Below are positions 20,025 to 29,530 of a DNA stretch of 64,000 bases, piece by piece. The notes under the pieces are model-generated. The model had not been told where the DNA came from. It worked only from the letters and a program-made list of their open reading frames with translations, and did no database searches. The stretch comes from Silvanigrellaceae bacterium. GTDB taxonomy: Bacteria > Bdellovibrionota_B > Oligoflexia > Silvanigrellales > Silvanigrellaceae. Location: NCBI GenBank assembly GCA_049423385.1, contig JBMSQQ010000006.1, positions 1-64,000 on the forward strand, given 5' to 3'. How positions within the stretch are numbered: position 1 is the stretch's first letter; every line of letters begins with the position of its first letter. A program made the position numbers and the translations under genes.

Positions 20025-20369
20025 TTATTTCAGGTCGGAAATCGGAACAACTTCGAAGCTGCCACTCGCCCGATCAACAAGAATTGTCACCGTTTTGCTC
20101 TGCTTGTCGATCATGTAAGGATACTCACCGCGATTGTTGCCAAAGCGACGGTCGAGCCATTTCTTCAATGCTGCAGAGACCTGCACGTCCGTCATTGTCA
20201 TTTCAAGTTCAACGGTTCGACCATCTTCCTGATAGGACAACTTTTTTGGTGGTGGAACATTGATTACAATACTTCCGGCATGCGCGCTTTGATCAAAAGC
20301 GGCAGTGATCGAAACGAAGGTCGTCGTCAAAACCATCAAAACGCGAACCAATGTATTACGCTTTGCCAT
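20025..20369 (-). CDS. Small secreted hypothetical protein
   Basis: MAKRNTLVRVLMVLTTTFVSITAAFDQSAHA-GS signal peptide with AHA cleavage motif; overlaps the upstream gene by 14 bp. Confidence 0.65.
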   Translation of the reverse strand: MAKRNTLVRVLMVLTTTFVSITAAFDQSAHAGSIVINVPPPKKLSYQEDGRTVELEMTMTDVQVSAALKKWLDRRFGNNRGEYPYMIDKQSKTVTILVDRASGSFEVVPISDLK

Positions 20370-20910
20370 GACGTGTGATCCTCCCGGAAACAATAAGATC
20401 GAAGGCGGTATTTTGTTCGCCGGTCTCCGCCACACCCGGATTCGATGCATGCTTCAAAATCACTCTGCGCAGGTCGTCCAGCAATGCTTGCGACGCGTGC
20501 ACACTTTCGCCGAGGCCATGGTAATAGCAATACAAACTTTCCTCGGGCTTATCGTTGGCTGTTGCAATTTTCGACAGAGCCGTGGCGCGATCGGCTGCAA
20601 CCTGAGCTGCTGAAAGCGAATCGTGGCCCATGAATTCGAGCCCGCTCACCAGGGCCTCATAGCCACATTTGTGTTGTTTGGACGCACGAATCGCTTCGTG
20701 TTGAAGCAAAAGTGGGAGATGAAGATTCTCGATGTAAAGACGGACAATTTCGGAATCGCCAGATTGAGCGAGCAAAACTCCGGTGTGTAATGGTCGGTCT
20801 GCTACAACGTTATGGAAAACCTCGATCAGCTCAGGATGATGCTTGATGAAGCGATAGAGTTGCGCATGTGCCTCCTCGCTCACAAGCATTTTTGACAATG
20901 CATTCGTCAC
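20356..20910 (-). CDS. Hypothetical protein
   Basis: GTG at 20910 preceded by GGAGG; 184 aa; no recognisable motif. Confidence 0.6.
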   Translation of the reverse strand: MTNALSKMLVSEEAHAQLYRFIKHHPELIEVFHNVVADRPLHTGVLLAQSGDSEIVRLYIENLHLPLLLQHEAIRASKQHKCGYEALVSGLEFMGHDSLSAAQVAADRATALSKIATANDKPEESLYCYYHGLGESVHASQALLDDLRRVILKHASNPGVAETGEQNTAFDLIVSGRITRHGKA

Positions 20911-21006
20911 AGGTATCCCTCCGCACGCCCAGTTTGTTAATTGGCCGGTCGACCAAACTTGTAACATGCACAGTACCACCCTGCAAGAACTGCCGCCACA
21001 AAATTC

Positions 21007-21666
21007 TCACCGGCGCATCAGCTCAAAATGGGTGAAGTAATGCTTGAGGAGTTCGCGCAGGCGCTCGATCACCTGCTGGGATTGGAGGTCATCGGATTTG
21101 GGCTTTTTCCAATCGATATAATCTTCGAGAACCTGCCGCTCAAAACGCAGTCGGGTATCGTAGGGAAGCTGACAAAGGAGAGCACCCAGCCTGACCCACC
21201 AGCGGATCCGGCGCGGCATCAATGGTTCGCGGGTTTCATCGTTGCGCCGGCTGCCAACCTGCAGCGCTCGTTCATCCGGACTCACGGGATTTTCTATAAC
21301 CTGCAGGAAATGCTCACGTTCGTCGATGGACACTTCCGAAAAATGCAACAGGAGTTTCTCCTGCCACGGGTCGAGCTGGCTTTCGCCCCTTTGGTCGACC
21401 TCGCCCGAATGTATCCTGGCAAGGAAATGGGACAATTCCAGCGCCTCGAGATCGGCGATCCTGAGCAACAAATCTAGAGCAATGCCCTTGGAATTGTCGG
21501 TCGTGTTCTGTTCGTACTCTCGATATCTGTTGAGTGACAAACCCAAGCGATTGGCCATTTCGCTTTGAGTCAGACCTTCACGTGCGCGAAATGTTGCCAA
21601 GAAACGCGCGACCCCATCCAGATAACCAGCCAATTGCGGATGTGATGGGGAACTCGACATTTTCAA
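21007..21666 (-). CDS. XRE-family helix-turn-helix regulator
   Basis: RAREGLTQSEMANRLGLSLNRYREYE Cro/C1-type HTH plus a helical C-terminal domain. Confidence 0.8.
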   Translation of the reverse strand: MKMSSSPSHPQLAGYLDGVARFLATFRAREGLTQSEMANRLGLSLNRYREYEQNTTDNSKGIALDLLLRIADLEALELSHFLARIHSGEVDQRGESQLDPWQEKLLLHFSEVSIDEREHFLQVIENPVSPDERALQVGSRRNDETREPLMPRRIRWWVRLGALLCQLPYDTRLRFERQVLEDYIDWKKPKSDDLQSQQVIERLRELLKHYFTHFELMRR

Positions 21667-21831
21667 GCCTCGCGAGGGGCTGCGGTTTCAAAAAAAATCA
21701 ATACTTGCTGTCACTGGTTTAATCATGCCCACCTTGAGCTGTCCAGCGAGTCTCCCGTAGGCTTGATCAAGCAAGCCTGTTCTCGCGGGGTCAATCACCG
21801 TGTCCAGCGGGTTCGCAGGGAGAAATCTGGA

Positions 21832-23175
21832 ATGATGAATACACAAGATTTTAATGCCATCGTTCTCTGTGCAGGACTCGGAACACGGCTTCGCCCACTC
21901 ACGAATGCCATGGCCAAGCCATCGGTTCCGGTGGGTCCTGTGCCTGCCGCACTGCGAAACATCGAACAGTTGTTATCCTTCAACATTCCGGTGGTGCACT
22001 GCAATACCCATTATTTGGCTGAAGATCTCGAAATGGAGCTTTTGGCAGCCTGCCAATCACGCGGAATTCCTGCTGCGCGCTTGCGTTTTTGGAATGAGCC
22101 CGAATTGCTCGAAACCGGTGGGGGTATTGCGAGGATAGCAAAGACCTTGGCGAATGAATCAAATCCACAGACCTGCAAGGACACTTTGGTTGTCTCTGGA
22201 GACATTGTGGCGGACATTCCGTTGGCAAAAATGATGAGTGCCTGGCGGGCGCGAAAAGAGTCGGAGACCGCACTCATGGTGACCTTGCCTTTGGACAGGC
22301 CCCGAAAGGACGTCACATGGGTAGATGAAGTCAATCGTTCTGTTGTGGGTTTTGGAGCCGATTGGGATTCCGAGATTGCAGGCGGGCGAGGCTATTCACC
22401 CAGGGTTTTCTCCAATCATCAAATCATATCGGGCACAATTCTCCAGAACAGCAGGTTGGAGAAAAAATCGAGCATCGATATTTTTTATCGACAGGCCATA
22501 CGAGATGGTGAATCCATTATTCACGTCCCGTTTGAGTCTGATGCCCATTGGTTTGATATTGGCACGCCAGAGACCTACCTGAAGTGCATAAGCAAGCTTG
22601 ATCATGATCTCCCGGAGCGACTTGAACAATTGGGATCAAGCATGATCAATCTTTGCACGCTTGATCACACTGGCACGGATGGGAGTGCGACTGTCCTCAA
22701 CAATCCCAATCATGTTCATTCCCGCTCAGCCAAGAAGAAGTTTGCCGAACATTGCTTAAGCAAGATCAGTCAGGGCTCCACAACCCAATGGTTATGGATA
22801 GGCACCATTCATTCTCTTCCATCTGTTTTTCATTCTGGATTGTTGAATCTGGCTCGTTGCTTCTCTGTGCGCCCCGAGGGCGAATCGCAACATGCGGAAG
22901 GCTCATCGAACTTGCCCTTGGCCATTCATGCTCTTCAGGGCGGCTTGCAGAGGCTTCTGGCCTCTTCATTGGCTCAAATATCCCGGGACACCTCATTGGA
23001 CACAGCAGGCTTCATCGACTTGCCCCGTCCTCAACCTCTCTCCACGCATCCCCTCTTCCAGGCCCCTTTGCTTGTTCCACTCGACCTGTTGCTCAACACC
23101 GGGGGACTCTCTCAACTCGCTTCAAACGAAGCCATCTCGCCATTTTGGATTCTTGTCACTCCGCCGCGGCAGTGA
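21832..23175 (+). CDS. murU: Sugar-1-phosphate nucleotidyltransferase (MurU-like) with a C-terminal extension
   Basis: VLCAGLGTRLRPLT..MAKP, NTHYLA, EPELLETGGG, WFDIGTPE; near the amgK-like gene. Confidence 0.72.
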   Translation: MMNTQDFNAIVLCAGLGTRLRPLTNAMAKPSVPVGPVPAALRNIEQLLSFNIPVVHCNTHYLAEDLEMELLAACQSRGIPAARLRFWNEPELLETGGGIARIAKTLANESNPQTCKDTLVVSGDIVADIPLAKMMSAWRARKESETALMVTLPLDRPRKDVTWVDEVNRSVVGFGADWDSEIAGGRGYSPRVFSNHQIISGTILQNSRLEKKSSIDIFYRQAIRDGESIIHVPFESDAHWFDIGTPETYLKCISKLDHDLPERLEQLGSSMINLCTLDHTGTDGSATVLNNPNHVHSRSAKKKFAEHCLSKISQGSTTQWLWIGTIHSLPSVFHSGLLNLARCFSVRPEGESQHAEGSSNLPLAIHALQGGLQRLLASSLAQISRDTSLDTAGFIDLPRPQPLSTHPLFQAPLLVPLDLLLNTGGLSQLASNEAISPFWILVTPPRQ

Positions 23176-24361
23176 GCTGCACAGGGGTGGATTCATCAAC
23201 TGCCAATCCACCTTCAACACCTGAGTCATTGTCGGCAGTTTCATTTTCGTCTTCCTTCAATTCACCTTCATTCTCACGCTCGTCCTTCAGCGCGACCTTG
23301 CTGGTTGCGCGATAGGTCAAAACCATTCCCACGCGAATGCGGTCGGGATTCAGAATCTGTGGATTCTCTTTCCAGAGCGAGCGCCAAGCGCCCTGTGTTC
23401 CGTAGAATTTAGCGGCCAAACCAGACAGTGTGTCACCTTTGGCGATGGTGTACGCCTGACGGTTTCCAATCTCATACTTTTCAGCGAAAGCCTTGGACGA
23501 TTCGTCGAGGGTGAAATAAATCACATCTCCTGGATAAATCTTGTTTGCGTCGGCCAGACCATTTTCAGCCTGCAGGGCTTTCCATTTTTTGCGTGACCCA
23601 AAGATTTTCTGTGCAATCGAACCGAGAGTGTCACCACGCATCACATAGTAGGCCATCTTCGAGCCCATCTCGGGCAGTGCTGTGGGTCCTGTCGCGACAG
23701 GAGCCGAGGCTGCGCCGGCCGACTCACCACCAGCTGCTGGAGCTGGAGCTGCTGCCGCACTTTCAGTGCCCATTGGGGCAGTTGCCCCTGCATCTGGAGC
23801 TGCTGCCGGCTCAGCACCTGCGGCATATGTTCCACCAGCGGGCTCAGATGGTGCAGCATTGGCAGGAACAGCGCCTGCGTCCGATGGAGATGCGAACGGG
23901 TTGCTTGCGTTTGCGTCTGCTGCACCTGCTGGCGCGGCCGAAGCATCTGCTGCACCGGTTGCGGCAATGTTTCCGTTGGCCTCAGCGTTGATTGCTCCAC
24001 CATCGGCAGGAGATGCAGCATTATTGCTGGCTCCTTCACCCTTTTCATTGGCAATGGCGTTGTTCAGCTCATTGCCAATCGGGTTGTTGGCTGCAGCGGA
24101 CTCACCTTCAGGCTTGGCCGTGTTCGACGCTTCCGTGTTGGCATTCACCGCAGCATTGTTCTCGGACCCGCTTGCATTGGATCCGTTTGTCGCGGCATTG
24201 CCTGAAGCCGCCTCTTCGCCAGATGCGGCACCCTCTAACGCCGGACTGGGCGATTCCTCGCCGGAAGAACTGCATGCCATCGGCCCCACAGCAAGAAAGA
24301 TTGCCGCGACTGCCGGAAGCAGATAACTTCGCATGATGGAGAACGGACGAGAACACTTCAT
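23156..24361 (-). CDS. Lipoprotein with an Ala/Asn/Pro-rich disordered linker and two LysM domains
   Basis: Lipobox PMA-C; YYVMRGDTLGSIA...IYPGD and YTIAKGDTLSGLA...IRVG LysM repeats. Confidence 0.88.
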   Translation of the reverse strand: MKCSRPFSIMRSYLLPAVAAIFLAVGPMACSSSGEESPSPALEGAASGEEAASGNAATNGSNASGSENNAAVNANTEASNTAKPEGESAAANNPIGNELNNAIANEKGEGASNNAASPADGGAINAEANGNIAATGAADASAAPAGAADANASNPFASPSDAGAVPANAAPSEPAGGTYAAGAEPAAAPDAGATAPMGTESAAAAPAPAAGGESAGAASAPVATGPTALPEMGSKMAYYVMRGDTLGSIAQKIFGSRKKWKALQAENGLADANKIYPGDVIYFTLDESSKAFAEKYEIGNRQAYTIAKGDTLSGLAAKFYGTQGAWRSLWKENPQILNPDRIRVGMVLTYRATSKVALKDERENEGELKEDENETADNDSGVEGGLAVDESTPVQLTAAAE

Positions 24362-24529
24362 TGCCGGATACCCTCAAAAGGTTTCCCATGTTGGAACCCC
24401 AAGTCCCAACGTCACACGCTGATGATTCGGAGCCTCTTTGAAAAGCTTTAAACGCGTTGCAATATTTTTTGGCATATCCTTTTGCCCGCCGCCAAATCCT
24501 TGGCACTCTGCTCAAAAAGGACCTGCAAA

Positions 24530-25612
24530 ATGACCTTTGAACATGTGACTGTTTTGCTCGACGAAACAGTCGATATTGTCACTCAAGACTCTGAAATCAG
24601 TAAACTATCTTCAAAGGGACTGCTTTTCGTGGACTGCACACTGGGTGGCGCAGGACACACGATTCGCCTATTGGAAAAATTGACACACCAGCTCCGCAAC
24701 GGAGTGCTGAGTACTCCTCAAATCGAACACATCTGCTGCGACCAGGACCCGCACGCACTCGAAGTTGCACGCCAACGAATCAACAGTTGGCAAGACAAGA
24801 ACCCCGATTGGGCACACGTCATCCGGGTCACCCCACTCGAACTCAATTTCCGCGAATTGCCCCATTGGATCCGCAGCCACCGTCCGGAAACATCAGTTTC
24901 TGGATTGATTGCCGACCTTGGTGTGAGTTCCCCACAAATCGACAATCCCGACAGGGGTTTTTCATTTCTGCGGGAAGGTCCGCTCGACATGCGCATGAAC
25001 ACCTCCGCGCAAACGACGGCCCGAGAATTGTTGATGACCCTTGATGCCTTAAAACTCGAAAACATTTTCGACAAGTACGGTGAAGAGCCGCGGGCAAGAG
25101 CGTTGGCACGAGCCATCGTCCAGGACCGGGACAAAGGTGTTTTGCCAATGTCAAATACTGTGGAGTTTGCAAACTACATCTCCAAAGTCTTGGGTTATCA
25201 TCAAAGTCGGGTGCATCCTGCGACTCGAATTTTTCAAGCACTCAGGATTGCCGTGAATGAAGAGCTGAGCGCCGTGGAAGAACTGTTGGCCGGCCTGCCT
25301 CAACTGATGAAAGATGGGAGTTGTGCCGGGCTGATCAGCTTTCATTCGCTTGAAGATCGCATCGTGAAGAGGTTTTTCCGGGCTTGGGAACAAGGCGAGC
25401 TTTCGCCAGAAGCCAAGCGAGCCAGCGAAAAAAAGCGATGGACGGAATCACAAATGGGTTTGTTTGGGGAATCGGCAGAAAACGAAAAATCTTTTGGAAA
25501 AGAAATGCCACGCGGAGGAATCGTTGCAAGCGATCAGGAAATCAAGGCCAATCCGAGGTCGCGTTCGGCACGTCTCCGCGGATTTCGATTTTCGAAGGGT
25601 GCTCGAGAGTAA
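24530..25612 (+). CDS. rsmH: 16S rRNA m4C1402 methyltransferase
   Basis: HVTVLLDE, DCTLGGAGH, DLGVSSPQID..RGFSF, HPATRIFQALRIAVN, FHSLEDR, NPRSRSARLR. Confidence 0.96.
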   Translation: MTFEHVTVLLDETVDIVTQDSEISKLSSKGLLFVDCTLGGAGHTIRLLEKLTHQLRNGVLSTPQIEHICCDQDPHALEVARQRINSWQDKNPDWAHVIRVTPLELNFRELPHWIRSHRPETSVSGLIADLGVSSPQIDNPDRGFSFLREGPLDMRMNTSAQTTARELLMTLDALKLENIFDKYGEEPRARALARAIVQDRDKGVLPMSNTVEFANYISKVLGYHQSRVHPATRIFQALRIAVNEELSAVEELLAGLPQLMKDGSCAGLISFHSLEDRIVKRFFRAWEQGELSPEAKRASEKKRWTESQMGLFGESAENEKSFGKEMPRGGIVASDQEIKANPRSRSARLRGFRFSKGARE

Positions 25613-25666
25613 TCTGCAGATTTGACCACGTTGAAATGGAATTTCACCACGTCAGGAGGACAGGCG

Positions 25667-26008
25667 ATGAAAGTTCATTGGAAACGCATTGATGCGAGCC
25701 TTTTGTGCTTTGCATTGGTCGTGATTGCGGCGGTCCCGGTCGCAGCACTTCGCAGTAAAACATATTCAGTTGGTTACGAACTTGGGCGTCTGAAATCTGA
25801 AGAAAAATCGCTGCGGCAGCGCAATGTGGATTTGCAAAGCCAACTCGCCGCGCTGCAGAAAAACGTGCGGGAAAATCGTCTCAAGGCAAACGATGGCGAT
25901 GGCCAGCCGAAATTGAACCTGCCTGCCAAGTCGAATGTCTGGCGAGCAAACTCAAAGCCATCCACACCAGATCAAAACACAGGTGACCCAAGTGCTCAGA
26001 AACCGTAA
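25667..26008 (+). CDS. ftsL: FtsL-like cell division protein
   Basis: One TM helix plus coiled coil, between rsmH and ftsI; AGGAGG RBS. Confidence 0.65.
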   Translation: MKVHWKRIDASLLCFALVVIAAVPVAALRSKTYSVGYELGRLKSEEKSLRQRNVDLQSQLAALQKNVRENRLKANDGDGQPKLNLPAKSNVWRANSKPSTPDQNTGDPSAQKP

Positions 26009-27803
26009 GTCGACCTCCAAGAAAAAAGTATCAGCACAAAACGTTGATGCCGACTTTCGCTTGAGAGTCATGATTCTGGCCTCGGCACTCGCCATGGCAG
26101 GCACACTCATGCTCGCGAGATATGCACAGCTCGCCGTGTTGCCAACCGAGCTCAATGAAAAGCTCCGCACCCGCGCTACAAAGCAATTCGAATCAGAAGT
26201 GACGTTGTTGCCACCCCGTGCAAAAATTGTCGACCGCAGCGGCCGAACTCTCGCTGTGAGCGTTCTTCAACCCAGCCTTTTCGCAATCCCCAAAAGGTTG
26301 CCATCCGATCGCGCGACCCTTGAGGTGATTGCAAAGCAGATCAAAATTCCCCTCAATCAATTGCTTGAATTGAAAAAGTCAAAAAAAGGTTTTGCTTGGT
26401 TGCGGCGGCATGTGCCTCCTCAGGACTTTGAAAACATGGGCGACCTCCATCAATGGAGAGAATTCATTGGCATTGCCGAAGAGCCGAAACGCATTTACCC
26501 GGAGAAAGACGTCGCAGCACATTTGTTGGGGTTTGTCGGAATCGACAACAACGGACTTGAGGGTGTGGAAGCCATCTTCAATTCAAAACTCAATGGCAAC
26601 GCCCAGATAGCAAAAGTAACCCGTGACGCGCGTGGTCACATTACGCTCACAGTTCCGAACGGTGCCGTGATGCCGGAGACCCAAAGTCAACCTCTGGCTT
26701 TGTCCATTGACCTCTCCATTCAATCGGCAGCCGAAATTGCGCTGAAGGAAGGCGTGCTCAAAGCCAAGGCACGGGCAGGATCTGCGGTGGTGATGGATGT
26801 TGAAACAGGTGAATTGTTGGCCATCGCCAGTTATCCATCGTTTGATCTCAACAATCCATCCTCTGCACAACCCGAAGCAAAAAGATTCCGCCCGCTGATG
26901 GATGCACTGGAATTGGGTTCGGTGGTGAAACCACTTTTCATCGCACGTGCAATAGACAAAAAGAAAATCCGCCCGGATGAAAAGTTTTTTTGCGAAAACG
27001 GCTCAATGCAGGTTCCCGGCGGTAAAATACGCGACACCCACCCGCATGGAATGCTGACACCAGCAGAAGTCATCAAGGTGAGCAGCAACATCTGTACATA
27101 TAAGATAGTGCAGCGCTTGGGCAGAAATGGACTCTATGATTCCTTGGGAGCCTATGGCCTGACGAGGACTCCCGGAACAGGCCTCCCGGGTGAATGGGCG
27201 GGACGAGTTCAAAAGCCAGAAGCCTGGCGAGAAATGCGCTTTGCGAATATGGCATTTGGTCAGGGCCTTGCCATCAGCCCTCTGCAGATGACTCGCGCCA
27301 TGGCAATACTCACCGGAGGCGGCACAGACCCTGGAATTGGAATTGTGTCTCGCGAGAAAATGGACGACGACGAAAATCTCAACCTTCCACCCCTCAGAGT
27401 CATTTCCGAATCGACGAGCCAGCTCGTGACCAACATGATGCGCGGGGTGGTTGAGGAAGAAGGCGGAACAGGACGACTTGCTTCCATCGCGGGAATTGCT
27501 GTTGCCGGCAAAACAGGAACAGCTCAAAAATACGATCCCAAAACCCGCTCCTACAGCGAACGCATTGCGACTTTCACTGGTGTTTTGCCTGCCGATCATC
27601 CGAGACTGGCCATCACGGTGGTGATCGATGAGCCACAAGTGCGGCCAGCTTACGGCGGCGTGCTCGCCGGGCCAGTGTTTTCCGACATTGGGCACAAGGC
27701 GATCAACTATTTGAACTCACGAGGACTCATCCAATTGGATCCAACAACCCCGTCACAGCAAGACAACTCTTTGGCCAAATTGCCAAAGCGGGGAGAGATG
27801 TGA
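25935..27803 (+). CDS. ftsI: Class B penicillin-binding protein (PBP3)
   Basis: RIYP, GLEGVE, SVVK (SxxK), SSN (SxN), GKTGTAQK (KTG); dcw position. Confidence 0.92.
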   Translation: MSGEQTQSHPHQIKTQVTQVLRNRKSTSKKKVSAQNVDADFRLRVMILASALAMAGTLMLARYAQLAVLPTELNEKLRTRATKQFESEVTLLPPRAKIVDRSGRTLAVSVLQPSLFAIPKRLPSDRATLEVIAKQIKIPLNQLLELKKSKKGFAWLRRHVPPQDFENMGDLHQWREFIGIAEEPKRIYPEKDVAAHLLGFVGIDNNGLEGVEAIFNSKLNGNAQIAKVTRDARGHITLTVPNGAVMPETQSQPLALSIDLSIQSAAEIALKEGVLKAKARAGSAVVMDVETGELLAIASYPSFDLNNPSSAQPEAKRFRPLMDALELGSVVKPLFIARAIDKKKIRPDEKFFCENGSMQVPGGKIRDTHPHGMLTPAEVIKVSSNICTYKIVQRLGRNGLYDSLGAYGLTRTPGTGLPGEWAGRVQKPEAWREMRFANMAFGQGLAISPLQMTRAMAILTGGGTDPGIGIVSREKMDDDENLNLPPLRVISESTSQLVTNMMRGVVEEEGGTGRLASIAGIAVAGKTGTAQKYDPKTRSYSERIATFTGVLPADHPRLAITVVIDEPQVRPAYGGVLAGPVFSDIGHKAINYLNSRGLIQLDPTTPSQQDNSLAKLPKRGEM

Positions 27804-29507
27804 ATGCTTGGGTATGAACTGAACCTCGATTTCATGATGCAGCCAGGACGAGCACTCCTTCTGCTGGAAGTCCAAAATCAACTCAAAATCTCACCTCCGG
27901 AGGATTCTCCGTTGAGGCGTGAAACACCGTTCGGCTCCAAAGAGCGAAAACTGGTGTGGGACACCCGCAAGATTGATCGATCCCAGACTGCCGACAAGAT
28001 TATTTTCATCGCCATGAAAACATCCAGACACGATGGCCATTCTGAGGTTGCGGATCTGCTCAACGCAGGCCATTTCGTTATTGCACAGTGGGATTGCTTG
28101 AATCCTGCTCTCGAGGATCAACAAGTCGAACCAAAGAGTGATTGGCTGAAAAATCTGTTGACTCATCCCCATCTTGTCTGTGTTCATTCCAGTGAGATTG
28201 CACGGAACATTTTGGTGAGCAGTGCCAGCGGGGTGGATCCCAAATTGTGGACGAGCCTTGCGATTACAGGCACGAACGGAAAAACCAGCACAACCCAGTT
28301 GGCCGCTGCCATGTTGGAGGGGATGAGCAAAAGATCAGTCCTTCGTTTGGGCACATTGGGTGTTCAGATCTCAAACCAAACCATCGAGAATCCCTTTCCA
28401 ACGCAGCCGGATTTTCCCGGTTTGCTTGCAGCCATGCGCATGGCACATGAACAGCACTCTTGCGACCAATTGGTTATGGAAGCAACCAGTATTGGAATCG
28501 CGGAAAAAAGACTCGGCGAATGGACTGTTCAGTGCGCAGCGTTCTTGAACCTGACCCGAGACCATCTTGACTACCATGGAAACATGGAGAACTACCTTCA
28601 GGCCAAACTTGATCTTTTCCGGCGGCATCTGAACTCTTCTGGACATGTTGTCGTCAACTGTGTTGACCCCAGCTGGGAGGCAGTTGTTCGCGCCGCAGCC
28701 GGTGCACAGCGACTTTGTCTGGGAATTGGAAGACCGGAGCAACGGGACTCGTTTTTGGAAACAACCGGACCGCTTTTTGCGGGAATCCGTTATCTGGAAA
28801 CAAGCCACCAACGCAGTTCGGTGGCAGGAATTGCAGGACAATGGACGCTCTGGCTGGACAAGCATTCCAGTGTCGCACAATGCCAATATTCAGCGAAACT
28901 TTTGGGCAAGGTTCAGCATGAAAATCTTGCTGCGGCTGCGGCGATGATGATTTCGCTGGGATATCCACTCAATCAAGTTGCCGGTGCTTGTCTGGGAATA
29001 ATGCCGATACCTGGTCGACTCGAACTCGTGGAGACCACCAGCGGTCAAGGTCGTGCTTCTGTGTTGATCGATTACGCGCATTCGCCGGACGCCCTGGAAA
29101 AAACGCTTGAAACCTGTCGTGAACTCCTTGCCGACGAGGGACAGTTGATCTGCGTTTTTGGTTGTGGTGGGGACCGGGATCCAACAAAGCGACCCATCAT
29201 GGGGCAAATTGCATCTCGACTCTCTGATCGTGTCTGGATCACATCCGACAATCCCCGTACAGAGAGTCCTCAAAACATTGTTGATCAAATCCTCGAGGGA
29301 GTCCTGCCGGAAAAGCGCTCCCGCGTCTGCGTTCAAATCGACAGGGCCGTTGCAATCAAGGAAGCTATCCGTAATTCAAAGGGAAAAGACATTCTGCTGA
29401 TTGCAGGAAAAGGTCATGAAGATTACCAAATCCTGGGCACGACAAAGTATCCGTTCTCTGACTCCGCTGTCGCTCGACAGATCTTGAGCGAGGAACGTAA
29501 CATTTAA
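27804..29507 (+). CDS. murE: UDP-MurNAc-tripeptide synthetase (meso-DAP type)
   Basis: ITGTNGKTST, NLTRDHLDYH, PGRLE, DYAHSPDA, FGCGGDRD, SDNPR (DAP specificity), AGKGHE. Confidence 0.95.
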   Translation: MLGYELNLDFMMQPGRALLLLEVQNQLKISPPEDSPLRRETPFGSKERKLVWDTRKIDRSQTADKIIFIAMKTSRHDGHSEVADLLNAGHFVIAQWDCLNPALEDQQVEPKSDWLKNLLTHPHLVCVHSSEIARNILVSSASGVDPKLWTSLAITGTNGKTSTTQLAAAMLEGMSKRSVLRLGTLGVQISNQTIENPFPTQPDFPGLLAAMRMAHEQHSCDQLVMEATSIGIAEKRLGEWTVQCAAFLNLTRDHLDYHGNMENYLQAKLDLFRRHLNSSGHVVVNCVDPSWEAVVRAAAGAQRLCLGIGRPEQRDSFLETTGPLFAGIRYLETSHQRSSVAGIAGQWTLWLDKHSSVAQCQYSAKLLGKVQHENLAAAAAMMISLGYPLNQVAGACLGIMPIPGRLELVETTSGQGRASVLIDYAHSPDALEKTLETCRELLADEGQLICVFGCGGDRDPTKRPIMGQIASRLSDRVWITSDNPRTESPQNIVDQILEGVLPEKRSRVCVQIDRAVAIKEAIRNSKGKDILLIAGKGHEDYQILGTTKYPFSDSAVARQILSEERNI

Positions 29508-29530
29508 GGCAAACAGGAAGGCCAAAAAAA

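Noticed and set aside
23690..24260. Repetitive GCT/GCA-rich DNA
   Set aside because: Explained by Ala-rich low-complexity coding sequence; there is no repeat-spacer periodicity of a CRISPR array.
24468..24490. Sigma54-like TGGCAT...TTGC upstream of rsmH
   Set aside because: The GG-to-GC spacing is 11 nt, not the required 10.
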